Source: Candidatus Woesearchaeota archaeon
Lineage (GTDB): Archaea > Nanobdellota > Nanobdellia > Pacearchaeales > GW2011-AR1
Direction: 5' to 3'
DNA: 64,000 bases
NCBI GenBank assembly: GCA_964544395.1
Contig: CAZJAO010000002.1
Coordinates: 5,071-69,070 of the forward strand
Notes under the pieces: model-generated
The model's database searches: none
What the model was told of the DNA's origin: nothing
What the model saw: the letters and a program-made list of their open reading frames with translations, nothing else
Translations under genes and position numbers: made by a program
Shown: positions 27,004 to 36,267 of the stretch, piece by piece
How positions within the stretch are numbered: the stretch's first letter is position 1
Layout: every line of letters starts with the position of its first letter

Positions 27004-28491
27004 TTATTTTTTATTTGCTTCATTAATCTGGTCTATAATCTTTCTCAGTTCCAAATCCCTTCCTTTTTTCTCCTCTTCTGTCACTCCCCATTCGGCAGTT
27101 ATAGAATCTTCCAATGCAACCCATGCATGGGTTTTATTTGCAGGAATTTTTATTGATTCCCCCATGGACAGCACCTTCTCTTCATCACCAAGAAGAAGTT
27201 TTATTCTTCCCTTAACAATAACAAGATATTCATCTCTGGGATGAAGGCATCCGCCTCTGGCATAGCCTGTCTTTGTTTCTAAAAAGGTAAACTCTTTGTT
27301 ATTTTCTAAAAGGTTGCTTATCAAGTAAATGTATCCTCTATTGTCTTCATGTATCTTCTTCATATTCAATCCTGAATTGTAGAACTCCTTAATCTTCTCA
27401 CTGATGTAATTTATCTGTTCTGAAGTGATTGCTGAACCATTTGGAAGCCAGAGTATATTCTTGGATAAAAAGGATGAATTAGGAAAATCTGAATCATTGC
27501 CCTGATTCTTGTAAGGAGGATTAATGTGGACTGCAGGCCAGCATTCTCTCGCGGAAATTTCATTTTTGATTAAAAATTCAACAAGAGCAGTTCGATTATT
27601 TGCGATTATCTCAATCCATAAGGGAATTTCTTCAGAGTTATAAGCTGGAAATTTAACTTCCCTAATGTCCTTTAATGCATTTTGATATAATGCTCTTTGA
27701 TTTGACAGCATCTGTTTTTTACTTTCAATTTTTCTGAACTGTGCAAGAGCTAATGCAGCAGATAGGTCATTGAATTTTAAATTATAACCAACTTTTTCAT
27801 GGATGAATTCTTTATTGCTGAATCTTCCAAAATCTCTCAATCTCCTAAGAGCTTCATAATACTTGTCATCATCTGTAACAATTATGCCCCCCTGGCCGCT
27901 TGTGATTATTTTGTTGGATTGTAATGAAAAGATTCCCATTTTGCCGATTGTTCCTAAATATTTGCCAGATTGGTCTTTAGAGCCCAAAGCACCCGCTGCA
28001 TCTTCAATTACTGTAAGATTATGTTTTGAAGCCAAATTCATGAGCTCATTCATATCTGCAGATCTTCCAAGAATATGGACGGGAATTATTGCAATTGTTT
28101 TTTCATTTATTTTTTCTTCAATTTTACTAATATCAATTGTTGCTCTTTCTTTTTCAACATCTACTAAAACTGGTTTTCCACCAGCCCACTCTACAGAAGT
28201 AGCAGTGGCAATCATTGTCAAATCCGGAACAATGACTTCAAAATCTTCTTTATTTCTTATGATAGCATCAGCTTTAATTGCAAGAAATAATGCCGCAGTC
28301 GCATTTGTTGTTAGAAGGACATGCTTCACCCCAAGATATTTTTTCAATTCCTCTTCAAGCTGTTTTGTTTTTGGTCCTTCATTCACGTAACCTGCATTTA
28401 GTACTTCAGTAACTTCTTTGATTTCTTCGTCTCCAAACTTCGGTTCATTCCAATTAATTCGAACCATATTAAAAGTCATACATAGTATCAT
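27004..28491 (-). CDS. Fusion of a DegT/DnrJ/EryC1/StrS-family PLP-dependent sugar aminotransferase (N-terminal, about 370 aa) with a C-terminal cupin domain.
   Basis: The aminotransferase part has IPVHILG, DAAGALG and FSLQSNKIITSGQGG (Schiff-base Lys region). The C-terminal 120 aa has cupin His/Glu motifs (GGCLHPRDEYLVIVKG...HAWVALE). Confidence 0.65.
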   Translation of the reverse strand: MILCMTFNMVRINWNEPKFGDEEIKEVTEVLNAGYVNEGPKTKQLEEELKKYLGVKHVLLTTNATAALFLAIKADAIIRNKEDFEVIVPDLTMIATATSVEWAGGKPVLVDVEKERATIDISKIEEKINEKTIAIIPVHILGRSADMNELMNLASKHNLTVIEDAAGALGSKDQSGKYLGTIGKMGIFSLQSNKIITSGQGGIIVTDDDKYYEALRRLRDFGRFSNKEFIHEKVGYNLKFNDLSAALALAQFRKIESKKQMLSNQRALYQNALKDIREVKFPAYNSEEIPLWIEIIANNRTALVEFLIKNEISARECWPAVHINPPYKNQGNDSDFPNSSFLSKNILWLPNGSAITSEQINYISEKIKEFYNSGLNMKKIHEDNRGYIYLISNLLENNKEFTFLETKTGYARGGCLHPRDEYLVIVKGRIKLLLGDEEKVLSMGESIKIPANKTHAWVALEDSITAEWGVTEEEKKGRDLELRKIIDQINEANKK

Positions 28492-28855
28492 TTACTTCAG
28501 GAGAAACAAAAGGTTCTTCAGTGCATCCTATCATGGTTGTTCCTTTTTTTACAAATACTTTATGTGCTACCTGTGCTGGAATTAAAATACTACAATTCGC
28601 TTTTAAGGAATAATTATTCTCTTCTTTTGTTTCTATATCGACAAGTTGGATATCTAATTCTCCGTCAATAACGTAAAGCAATTCCTGATATTTATGAAAA
28701 TGTCCTGCTAATTGGGCGTCTTGATGAATCTTGTAAACCTTGGTTTGTTTTGCTGTAAAACCTCCAAAATCACCGTTAAATGCAGTAGAAAGGGTTCTTC
28801 TTGCATCTTCATGGTCAATTCCTCTCTCTTGAAAAATGACTTTGTCTATTGTCAT
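28469..28855 (-). CDS. FdtA/WxcM-like cupin, a candidate NDP-4-keto-6-deoxyhexose 3,4-ketoisomerase.
   Basis: 128 aa with HFHKYQELLYVIDGELDIQLVD...AHKVFV. Size and motifs resemble FdtA/QdtA. Confidence 0.55.
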   Translation of the reverse strand: MTIDKVIFQERGIDHEDARRTLSTAFNGDFGGFTAKQTKVYKIHQDAQLAGHFHKYQELLYVIDGELDIQLVDIETKEENNYSLKANCSILIPAQVAHKVFVKKGTTMIGCTEEPFVSPEVNDTMYDF

Positions 28856-29940
28856 TTTACCAATGCTCTCCCTAATTCTCTTCCTTTTTCAATATAGAAA
28901 TCATCGGGATGTTCTTCATGCATTGGGACAATTCCTTTTTCTTTCATTTTATCTTTTAAATCTGATGCAATCATCATCTTTACTAATTCTTTAAACTTAA
29001 TTTTAGGTTCCCAGCTAAGAATATTCTTTGCCTTTGAAGAATCGCCAAGTAACGCTGGAACTTCTGCCGGTCTTTTGTAATTATCACTTACTTTAACGTA
29101 ATCTTCCCAATTTAATCCAAGCAAGTCAAATGCTTCCTGAACAAATTCTCTTACACTATGTGTCTCTTTTGTTGCTATAACAAAATCATCAGGAACATCA
29201 TGTTGCAAGATCCTCCAGATAGCTTCAACGTATTCTTTTGAAAATCCCCAATCTCTCTTAGCTTCCAAATTTCCCAAAGACAAATCTTTTTCTTCCCCTA
29301 CAATTATTTTTGCAATGCCTAAAGTAACTTTTCTCGTCACAAAATTCAAACCTCTCCTTGGAGACTCGTGGTTGAATAAAATTCCGTTGGATGCGAAAAT
29401 CCCATATGCCTTTCTGTACATTCTTGTTAAATGATACGCAGCCAATTTAGAAATTCCATAAGGGCTTTGGGGAATCATAGGGGTCCATTCATTTTGAGGT
29501 GGTGGAGAAATTCCAAACATTTCACTTGAAGAGGCTTGATAATATTTGCACTTCAAATTCATATCTCTTATTGCCTCTAGAATTCTTAATGGACCCAAAG
29601 CATTGTAATTAAGCGTAGATTCTGGGTTCTCAAAGCTTATTCCTACGTGGCTTTGTGCAGCCATATTGTATATTTCATCAGGATTAATCTTTTCTAAAAC
29701 ATTTCTTATGCTTGAAGAATCTGATAAGTCTCCATAAAGTAAAAAGAATGGAGATTCATCTGTTTTTCCGAATTGTGTATCATATTTGTCTAAGTGGTCA
29801 ATTCTCTTAGTATTTGGAAAACTTGCTCTTCTTATAACTCCTCTCACATAATATCCCTTTTCAAGAAGTAATTCTGCAAGATAGCTTCCATCCTGTCCGC
29901 TTATACCAAAAATTAAAGCAACTTTTCTTCCATTTATCAT
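28852..29940 (-). CDS. gmd: GDP-mannose 4,6-dehydratase
   Basis: ALIFGISGQDGSYLAELLLEKGYYVRGVIRRASFPNTKRIDHL...YQASSSEMFG...ILFNHESPRRG...LGNLEAKRDWG. Collinear with Gmd. Confidence 0.9.
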   Translation of the reverse strand: MINGRKVALIFGISGQDGSYLAELLLEKGYYVRGVIRRASFPNTKRIDHLDKYDTQFGKTDESPFFLLYGDLSDSSSIRNVLEKINPDEIYNMAAQSHVGISFENPESTLNYNALGPLRILEAIRDMNLKCKYYQASSSEMFGISPPPQNEWTPMIPQSPYGISKLAAYHLTRMYRKAYGIFASNGILFNHESPRRGLNFVTRKVTLGIAKIIVGEEKDLSLGNLEAKRDWGFSKEYVEAIWRILQHDVPDDFVIATKETHSVREFVQEAFDLLGLNWEDYVKVSDNYKRPAEVPALLGDSSKAKNILSWEPKIKFKELVKMMIASDLKDKMKEKGIVPMHEEHPDDFYIEKGRELGRALVK

Positions 29941-30006
29941 AAATTGATTGGGTATAATTTGCTTTATAAGTTTTATTAAACTAAGATATAGAATAAAAAA
30001 ATTGAA

Positions 30007-30534
30007 CTATTTTAAGACTTCCAGTTCGTATTCCATTTCTGAAGAAGGCAATATCCATGCAAAAAATCTGCAGTAAAATTCCTGATTAAGATTTATTATT
30101 GGATTAAAAAGCCAGTTTAATCTGCCTGAACGACCTATTCCGAAATTAATTTTTATTTTTCGGGCTTTGAACATATCCTTGTCTGTTCCAACTTCATGAG
30201 AATACGTCCCCTTCTGAAAGTAAGTGAATGTTCTTGGAGAAAAGAATCTTACATGTGTCGGGTCGTTGTATTGCCCCCAGGCAGAATAGAAGGGAGTTTT
30301 TACATGGATAATTGCGCCATTCTTGCATACCCTATGCAAATCATGCATCAAAGGGATAAAATTCTTGATATGTTCCAGAACATGATAAGCCATAACTCCA
30401 TCTATAGAATCGTCCTTAAATGGCAGGGGTGTTTTTTCCAAATCACAAACCTTGTCAGGATTAACTAGGGGAGAAGAGTCTACATTTACATATCCTTCTC
30501 GTTTGTCACGCCCGCAACCAATATTTAATTTCAT
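30007..30534 (-). CDS. Class I SAM-dependent methyltransferase
   Basis: MKLNIGCGRDKREGYVNVDS and VMAYHVLEHI are Methyltransf_11/23 motifs. Confidence 0.55.
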   Translation of the reverse strand: MKLNIGCGRDKREGYVNVDSSPLVNPDKVCDLEKTPLPFKDDSIDGVMAYHVLEHIKNFIPLMHDLHRVCKNGAIIHVKTPFYSAWGQYNDPTHVRFFSPRTFTYFQKGTYSHEVGTDKDMFKARKIKINFGIGRSGRLNWLFNPIINLNQEFYCRFFAWILPSSEMEYELEVLK

Positions 30535-33287
30535 GCTGTTACTGTTAAATTATCAAATGCTCCATAAGTGCCAGATGTCTGGGTAAATTCTGCTTTAGAT
30601 AGAATATTTGAAGGATAGTTTGTTTTCCAGATTTTTATTGGACCATCAAATCCATTGTAATAAATAAAATCTCCCGTGAATCCTTGAGCCTTTAAACCTT
30701 GCAATAAAGAGTCATCTTGTGCATGAGCTAAAGTTATTGTAGGATACTCATTGAACGGATCATTCATTAAATAAAGTTGCGCAAACAAGCTGTTGAAAAC
30801 TTTTGGAGAAAGATATATTGCAGCGCCAAAGTTGTCAATCTGGATGCCTCCTGCAGCAGTCTGCCCGAGACTAGAAAGAACATATGCTGCTCCTGCATTT
30901 CCGCTCCCGAAATCAACTAATTTGTTATTGAAATAAAGATATCTTAAAGGAACACTAATTTGCTGACCATTATAATAAACAACTTCCTGTGGTTGTGAAA
31001 AAGAAATTGCACCCGTTGAATTGGTCTGATTTGAGTTTAAGACAAGTGCGATTACATAAGCCTGTCCCTGGGGGATTAATATCTGCCCTTGTGAAGTATT
31101 GTATATCATATCTTGGTCTATGGGCACAACGTATTGATATACTCTCGTTGTAGTCCCATTGATTGTCTGAGTCTGGCTTGGACTGGATGGAAATACTTGA
31201 ACTGTCGAAGCCCGGTCACTCAAAGTAGCATCGCTCCCAATAAGAGAATAAGCAGAATATTTTCCTAAATCAGTAGGGTCTATCAATAGATAAGAAACAT
31301 TGTTTGATTTCATAAAGCTAAGAGCGAGATTTGGATTGGGTTCTGTTAGAACATATCTACCAATCATATAATCTCTGAATGTTCCTTCAAAATGTCCGCC
31401 ATCAGAGAGAGTCGGTCTTTGACCTAAATATTCAATAGCATACCCATAATCCCACCAATGAACAAATACCGACCCAAGAGGGGTGCTGTTTCTGACCCAA
31501 GCCATTGCATCGTCCCATTGAGATCCGTAACTTCCTATGCCCATGTATTTGGCCTGATATGAAGAAGAACTGTACAAAGTGTAGAAACTTATGGCTGTTG
31601 CTATTATTGCAGCAATTAATAATACCGCCAAAACCATCTTCAATAGATCATCTTTGCTTTTCTTGAAATAACTTGCAAGATTAAATATCAAATAACCAAC
31701 AAAGATGCACATGTATGGACTTACAATTGACATTATGTAAGCAGCAGTATTCGCCGCGATAATCATGACTAATATCGTTGAAAATAAAACTAATAGCTCT
31801 GGCGAAATTTCAATATGGTCTTTGAAATAGAGATAAATGCAATAGCAGAAGAAGATAATCATGCTCCCAAATAAAAATAATTTACTGAGGAAACTTGACC
31901 CGTTTAAAATTGCACTGCTTGCAGAAATTCTGCTTAATAATATTCCCGAGATAAGTAAAATCCAAGAGAGTACAAACCAGACTCTTCTTTTTTTCTCTTT
32001 AATTCCCATTGATAAATTAATACCCAAGGTTATCAAACCGGCAAAAAATAACCAGAAGAAAATTTTATCTGTTTGAGATATCCAATCAGTAGTATACGTT
32101 TGCTGGTTTTCTGCAACAGTGATACTTAGTCTATCTGCACCAAGAGGATGGAAAATTTGTGTAGTAACATTAGAAATAAATGAAAATAGACTTCCCTGTA
32201 ACGTTATTATTATTAGACCCAATAATCCTGCGATTATAATTCCCCAGATTACATGATTCCTCTTCAACTTTTTTAAGGGAGTCTTGTCTGCAAATTTTAT
32301 AATTAAAAAATCTACTATAATAAATAATAGGGTGAAAGATAACAGGAAGCTGGTTGGATTTATGAGGACCCTGTTTAATGCAGAATTTAGTGGAAAACCA
32401 AATACATATGTGCCCAATAAACTAAACAAGACAAAAGCGATGTAGAAAATTAAAAATTTAGGCAAGTCTTTTGCTTCTGTCTCCAGATTCTTAGCTTTCA
32501 AAACCCACACTATGAAAAAGCTTAAGGGAACAATCATAGGAAGAAACTCTGAGATTCCTCCCCAGCTGACAATGTTCAGTGCAGTAAGAGCTCCAATGGC
32601 AATTCCTAGCAAAAGACTGATTAATAATACCTTTTTTGGTTTTTTATGTTCTTCTTTTTTCTTGCTTAACCACTTTAAGGCGCAGGTGTAAGACAGTAGT
32701 ACTGCAAAGAAAATCATAGTTCCAAGAGCATCATGGTCGGAGAATCCCGCCACACTTCGATATAAATAAGTAGGTATTACTGTTAAAAATAACGCCCCGA
32801 TTATAGCCGCCAGCTTAGACTTTGTTAGAATATAAATGAGAAAGTAAAAGATAACTAGCCCTATAGCAAAGCCGATTACAGGATAAATTACATCAACGAA
32901 ATTCAATGTGATACTGCCATTAAATGCATGAACAAATTTGTATAAATCCACTAAAACATAAGGGAGAATCTCTGAAGAAAAAGGAATGTTTCCCGCGCCA
33001 GCTCTAATGGTATCAATTGCAGGAAGGTGACCAGTTTGCAGAATTATTGATGCCTCTCTTAACCAATAAAAGCAATCCAGCTCTAGCTGAGGCACATATT
33101 GCCCGGTAGTATGATCAATAAGTGATGGAAGATTTTGCAGCCTCATAAGAACCGCAACTATGACAATAATCGCTAATAGCACCAAAGAGAGTATGGTCAT
33201 TAACTTTTTTTGTTGGAAAAATTTTGAAACCTTATGAAAACTCTCTTTTGTCTTGTTAAGATTGAGTTTAATTTCTTCTTCTGGCAT
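30531..33287 (-). CDS. aglB: Oligosaccharyltransferase AglB (STT3 family)
   Basis: A roughly 13-TM N-terminal domain precedes a C-terminal soluble domain carrying the diagnostic WWDYGY motif (VHWWDYGYAIEY). 918 aa. Confidence 0.85.
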   Translation of the reverse strand: MPEEEIKLNLNKTKESFHKVSKFFQQKKLMTILSLVLLAIIVIVAVLMRLQNLPSLIDHTTGQYVPQLELDCFYWLREASIILQTGHLPAIDTIRAGAGNIPFSSEILPYVLVDLYKFVHAFNGSITLNFVDVIYPVIGFAIGLVIFYFLIYILTKSKLAAIIGALFLTVIPTYLYRSVAGFSDHDALGTMIFFAVLLSYTCALKWLSKKKEEHKKPKKVLLISLLLGIAIGALTALNIVSWGGISEFLPMIVPLSFFIVWVLKAKNLETEAKDLPKFLIFYIAFVLFSLLGTYVFGFPLNSALNRVLINPTSFLLSFTLLFIIVDFLIIKFADKTPLKKLKRNHVIWGIIIAGLLGLIIITLQGSLFSFISNVTTQIFHPLGADRLSITVAENQQTYTTDWISQTDKIFFWLFFAGLITLGINLSMGIKEKKRRVWFVLSWILLISGILLSRISASSAILNGSSFLSKLFLFGSMIIFFCYCIYLYFKDHIEISPELLVLFSTILVMIIAANTAAYIMSIVSPYMCIFVGYLIFNLASYFKKSKDDLLKMVLAVLLIAAIIATAISFYTLYSSSSYQAKYMGIGSYGSQWDDAMAWVRNSTPLGSVFVHWWDYGYAIEYLGQRPTLSDGGHFEGTFRDYMIGRYVLTEPNPNLALSFMKSNNVSYLLIDPTDLGKYSAYSLIGSDATLSDRASTVQVFPSSPSQTQTINGTTTRVYQYVVPIDQDMIYNTSQGQILIPQGQAYVIALVLNSNQTNSTGAISFSQPQEVVYYNGQQISVPLRYLYFNNKLVDFGSGNAGAAYVLSSLGQTAAGGIQIDNFGAAIYLSPKVFNSLFAQLYLMNDPFNEYPTITLAHAQDDSLLQGLKAQGFTGDFIYYNGFDGPIKIWKTNYPSNILSKAEFTQTSGTYGAFDNLTVTA

Positions 33288-33327
33288 TATGCTATATATT
33301 TAATTCATTTAAAAAGATTATGAAAAC

Positions 33328-34332
33328 TCAAAGATTATTAGTAATAATTAGAGCCAATATGATTATCACTATTTGAAATCCGTTTATTAAATTGACAACA
33401 TCTTTTTCATATACTTTGTGGCTTAGCTTTACTTTCTTTAATATTATTATCGCTAAATGTTCCAGCCCGTAAACTTTATCATAGGCTAAATCAAGGCTTC
33501 CATCTTCATTTGGTTTGCCAAAGCTTTGTTTTTTCAATCTTCCTCTTGATTTTAATACCATTTCAATTATGTAGGGAATGAAGAATAAAACTGCAACTAA
33601 TTCCAAGCCGCCGATAATTGCTACTGCTGCGAACATCAAACCAATAGCATAAGTCATGGTATTGCCTGCAAAAACTCTTGCGGGATATCTGTTAAATATG
33701 TAGAATGCAATTAGAGCAGCCACCATGATTAAAGCAATGAGACTTAGCCAGCTTTCATTATGCATATATGCAACAAATGCAAGCGCAGATAAAATTAAGA
33801 TTCCTTGTCTTGCTTCCAGTCCATTATATCCTGCTAAAAAATTATATGTCGTGGTTGCACCAACAACTCCGATTGGAATTGCTATCAAAGGATATAACAA
33901 TCCAATGTTAATTCCAAATATTGAAGAATTTCCTGCATTGATTACCATTAACGGTACGGCCGAGAATAAAATAAGAATTAGCCTCGAACGAATTGACAAG
34001 CCTCCTCTTTTCCAGCCAAACAAATCATCAATCAATCCAACTCCGGTTACTAAGAATAAAGAGCTTACTATTGCAAAAATCAGTATTAAAGTTCCATCGT
34101 CTGGTGACTTGAAATAAAATGTCCTGATTGCAATATACAAGAAAATACCGACGAGAGTTCCAAGAATTACAATAATTCCGCCTGAACCTGCCACATTTCT
34201 TTCTCTTTTAGGCTTGTTCATATCTTCCCACACCAAATCTATTTGTTTTGCTTTCTTAATCCACATAGGCATTATTAAAAGAGTCACAAAGAAACTGATA
34301 AGAATTGTCCCGAATAATAATGGTTCAACCAT
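33328..34332 (-). CDS. UDP-GlcNAc:dolichyl-phosphate GlcNAc-1-phosphate transferase family (MraY/WecA/AglH-like GPT)
   Basis: It is polytopic, with IDDLFGW (DDxxG), NFLAGYNGLE (NxxDGxDGL-like) and VFAGNTMTYAIG (VFMGDTGS-like). Confidence 0.7.
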   Translation of the reverse strand: MVEPLLFGTILISFFVTLLIMPMWIKKAKQIDLVWEDMNKPKRERNVAGSGGIIVILGTLVGIFLYIAIRTFYFKSPDDGTLILIFAIVSSLFLVTGVGLIDDLFGWKRGGLSIRSRLILILFSAVPLMVINAGNSSIFGINIGLLYPLIAIPIGVVGATTTYNFLAGYNGLEARQGILILSALAFVAYMHNESWLSLIALIMVAALIAFYIFNRYPARVFAGNTMTYAIGLMFAAVAIIGGLELVAVLFFIPYIIEMVLKSRGRLKKQSFGKPNEDGSLDLAYDKVYGLEHLAIIILKKVKLSHKVYEKDVVNLINGFQIVIIILALIITNNL

Positions 34333-34362
34333 TTACTTCAAACTATTTTTTCGCTTTTAAAG

Positions 34363-35223
34363 TTAATGAAACAAGAGCGGAGTCAAATAAACTTCCATCA
34401 GTCCTGCAATAACAAGCAATCCGATAGAAATTGAAATTAAAATCGCGGCATGTTGGGCAACTTTTGCAAACATTCTGTTTTTTATTCCATGTCTTGCGAT
34501 TCCCACACCAAAAATTCCGCCCGCTAATGCTGCTATGAAATAAGCGCTGATTTCGGGAAATCCATGAATCATGTATCTCGCCAAGCCGAGGGGAATATCT
34601 ATTAGATTATACTTTGTGAAAATTCCGATGCTTGCAGAAATGACACTCGCATTCCATGCCAGGATAAATATCGCTCCCGCTCCAAAGACAAGTGAAAATA
34701 ATAAAGTGAATATCATTACAAGCATATTATTTTCAAAGATAGAAAGAAATTGTACTGGGCTTGCCGCACTTGCAGCGCCACTGATTTGGTTGCTTCCCGG
34801 AAGATATTGAGTTATGCAACTATTAATATTATTTGGGCTGTTAATTAAACAATAAGTTCCGACTTGTGCATTAAATAAGGTATTGTCTTGCAAGATAATA
34901 TACCAAAATGAAAAAGCAATTATGAATCCAACGAAAAGCCACATTAATGCATAAATGGCGTCTTTATGAATTTTCCACACACTGACCCCTTCTTCTATTT
35001 CATCATTATTTTCTTCACGCCTTATTATAAAATACATGAATGGAAGAGAAAACATAACGCAAAAGGTTACAACCATGACCCCAGAATATTGAGACAGAAT
35101 TGCATCACTGGAAAAAAACCAATGAACAAGAAGCAAGGAAAGAGATGCATATATTATTCCGACAAAGAGCATCTCCCAAGGTTTTCTCTCCGCTTTTTTT
35201 GGGTTGATTAAAGATTCAAGCAT
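34363..35223 (-). CDS. SpoIIM/DUF95-family integral membrane protein
   Basis: Multi-TM. FENNMLVMIFTLLFSLVFGAGAIFILAWNASVI matches the F.NN...G...NG core block of DUF95. Confidence 0.45.
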   Translation of the reverse strand: MLESLINPKKAERKPWEMLFVGIIYASLSLLLVHWFFSSDAILSQYSGVMVVTFCVMFSLPFMYFIIRREENNDEIEEGVSVWKIHKDAIYALMWLFVGFIIAFSFWYIILQDNTLFNAQVGTYCLINSPNNINSCITQYLPGSNQISGAASAASPVQFLSIFENNMLVMIFTLLFSLVFGAGAIFILAWNASVISASIGIFTKYNLIDIPLGLARYMIHGFPEISAYFIAALAGGIFGVGIARHGIKNRMFAKVAQHAAILISISIGLLVIAGLMEVYLTPLLFH

Positions 35224-35252
35224 TAAGAAAGAAACGTAGAGGAATTTTTAAA

Positions 35253-35651
35253 TTATTCCTCTGATTTTTCTAGTTTTTGATATTCCTGAACAACAACCAT
35301 GAACTCATTATTTGTTGTTTCGATATTTTTTTCCAGCTCAGCCTCAACATCTTTCAATTTCTTTATTTGTTCAACGATTAACTCTTTTGTTTCAGGAACA
35401 TTTTTGCTTACAAAATTATTATCTCCGATATTTACAGTTAAATCTTCAGAAATGATCTTGGCCTTGACATAAATTCCTCTTCCAACCTGCGCGAATATTT
35501 CTTTGTCTTTGGAACCCCTGATTTCATCTAATCCAAGATTCAATGATTCCAATTCAGTTATTCCCCTGTCAACTGCCTGCAATTGCTGCTGAAGTTGCTG
35601 CAATTGCTGTTCAAGCATACTCAATTGAAAAACTATTTCCTGATTTTCCAT
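35253..35651 (-). CDS. pfdA: Prefoldin alpha subunit
   Basis: The N- and C-terminal coiled coils (QQLQQLQQQLQ...; ELEKNIETT) flank a beta-hairpin region, FAQVGRGIYVKAKI...VNIGDNNFV. Confidence 0.6.
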   Translation of the reverse strand: MENQEIVFQLSMLEQQLQQLQQQLQAVDRGITELESLNLGLDEIRGSKDKEIFAQVGRGIYVKAKIISEDLTVNIGDNNFVSKNVPETKELIVEQIKKLKDVEAELEKNIETTNNEFMVVVQEYQKLEKSEE

Positions 35652-35685
35652 ATTTTTAAGAAATTAATTTGCTTTTAAACTTTCC

Positions 35686-36231
35686 CTAAACTACATCAAG
35701 GACTTTTCTTAGAATTGCTGTGAATATCAGTGTAAATATCAGATAAAACCAAAACCAAGGAAGGAAGCCCAAAAATGTGTAAGGATTGACTGTGAAGTAA
35801 TCATTAAACCATCTGAATAGCAAAATAAAAGGAACACCTGTAAATAAGATTGCTCTGGTGCTTAACTTCATTGTTTTTGAAAAAGTCTGCTGAACTGATG
35901 CCATTTGCTTTTTCTGAAGTTCCAGAAATTTTTCAGGATCATTTCTGACTTTTTTCAATTCCTCTTGCATAGTCTTTTGTTCTTTTTTCAATTCTCTAAG
36001 TTGTTTTTGGTCTGTTGCATATTTCTGTGCGATTATTGAGATTAAAGAAATTATGAAAACAACGATAAGCATTCCGACTGTTGTGTTCCAGCCTAAAAGC
36101 CATCCTGCAGTTGGATTAAGTGCCCAATCAATTGATGATTTAAGATATGGAATTTGATTCCAGAAACCCGCAATCAAAATGGACAGAGCCATAATGATAA
36201 AAAGCGGCGCATAACTTCCTTGTTTGCTCAT
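35686..36231 (-). CDS. DUF106-family membrane protein (archaeal Oxa1/YidC/EMC3-like insertase candidate)
   Basis: Two or three TM helices with a coiled-coil loop (KQLRELKKEQKTMQEELKKV...LELQKKQM) and a C-terminal TM. It is adjacent to secY. Confidence 0.5.
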   Translation of the reverse strand: MSKQGSYAPLFIIMALSILIAGFWNQIPYLKSSIDWALNPTAGWLLGWNTTVGMLIVVFIISLISIIAQKYATDQKQLRELKKEQKTMQEELKKVRNDPEKFLELQKKQMASVQQTFSKTMKLSTRAILFTGVPFILLFRWFNDYFTVNPYTFLGFLPWFWFYLIFTLIFTAILRKVLDVV

Positions 36232-36267
36232 GTTATTATCTAAGCAGGTTGGTTTTTAAAAGTTGAC

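Noticed and set aside
27863-28390. The 175-aa plus-strand ORF inside the aminotransferase gene. Similar shadow ORFs fall within other glycosylation-island genes: 19226-19676, 20815-21189, 21499-21891, 24388-25050, 30196-30468, 31861-32076, 33725-34117, 34571-35211, 36353-37243 and 37466-37786.
   Set aside because: They are antisense to, or nested within, longer ORFs that have clear enzyme motifs. There is no independent support.
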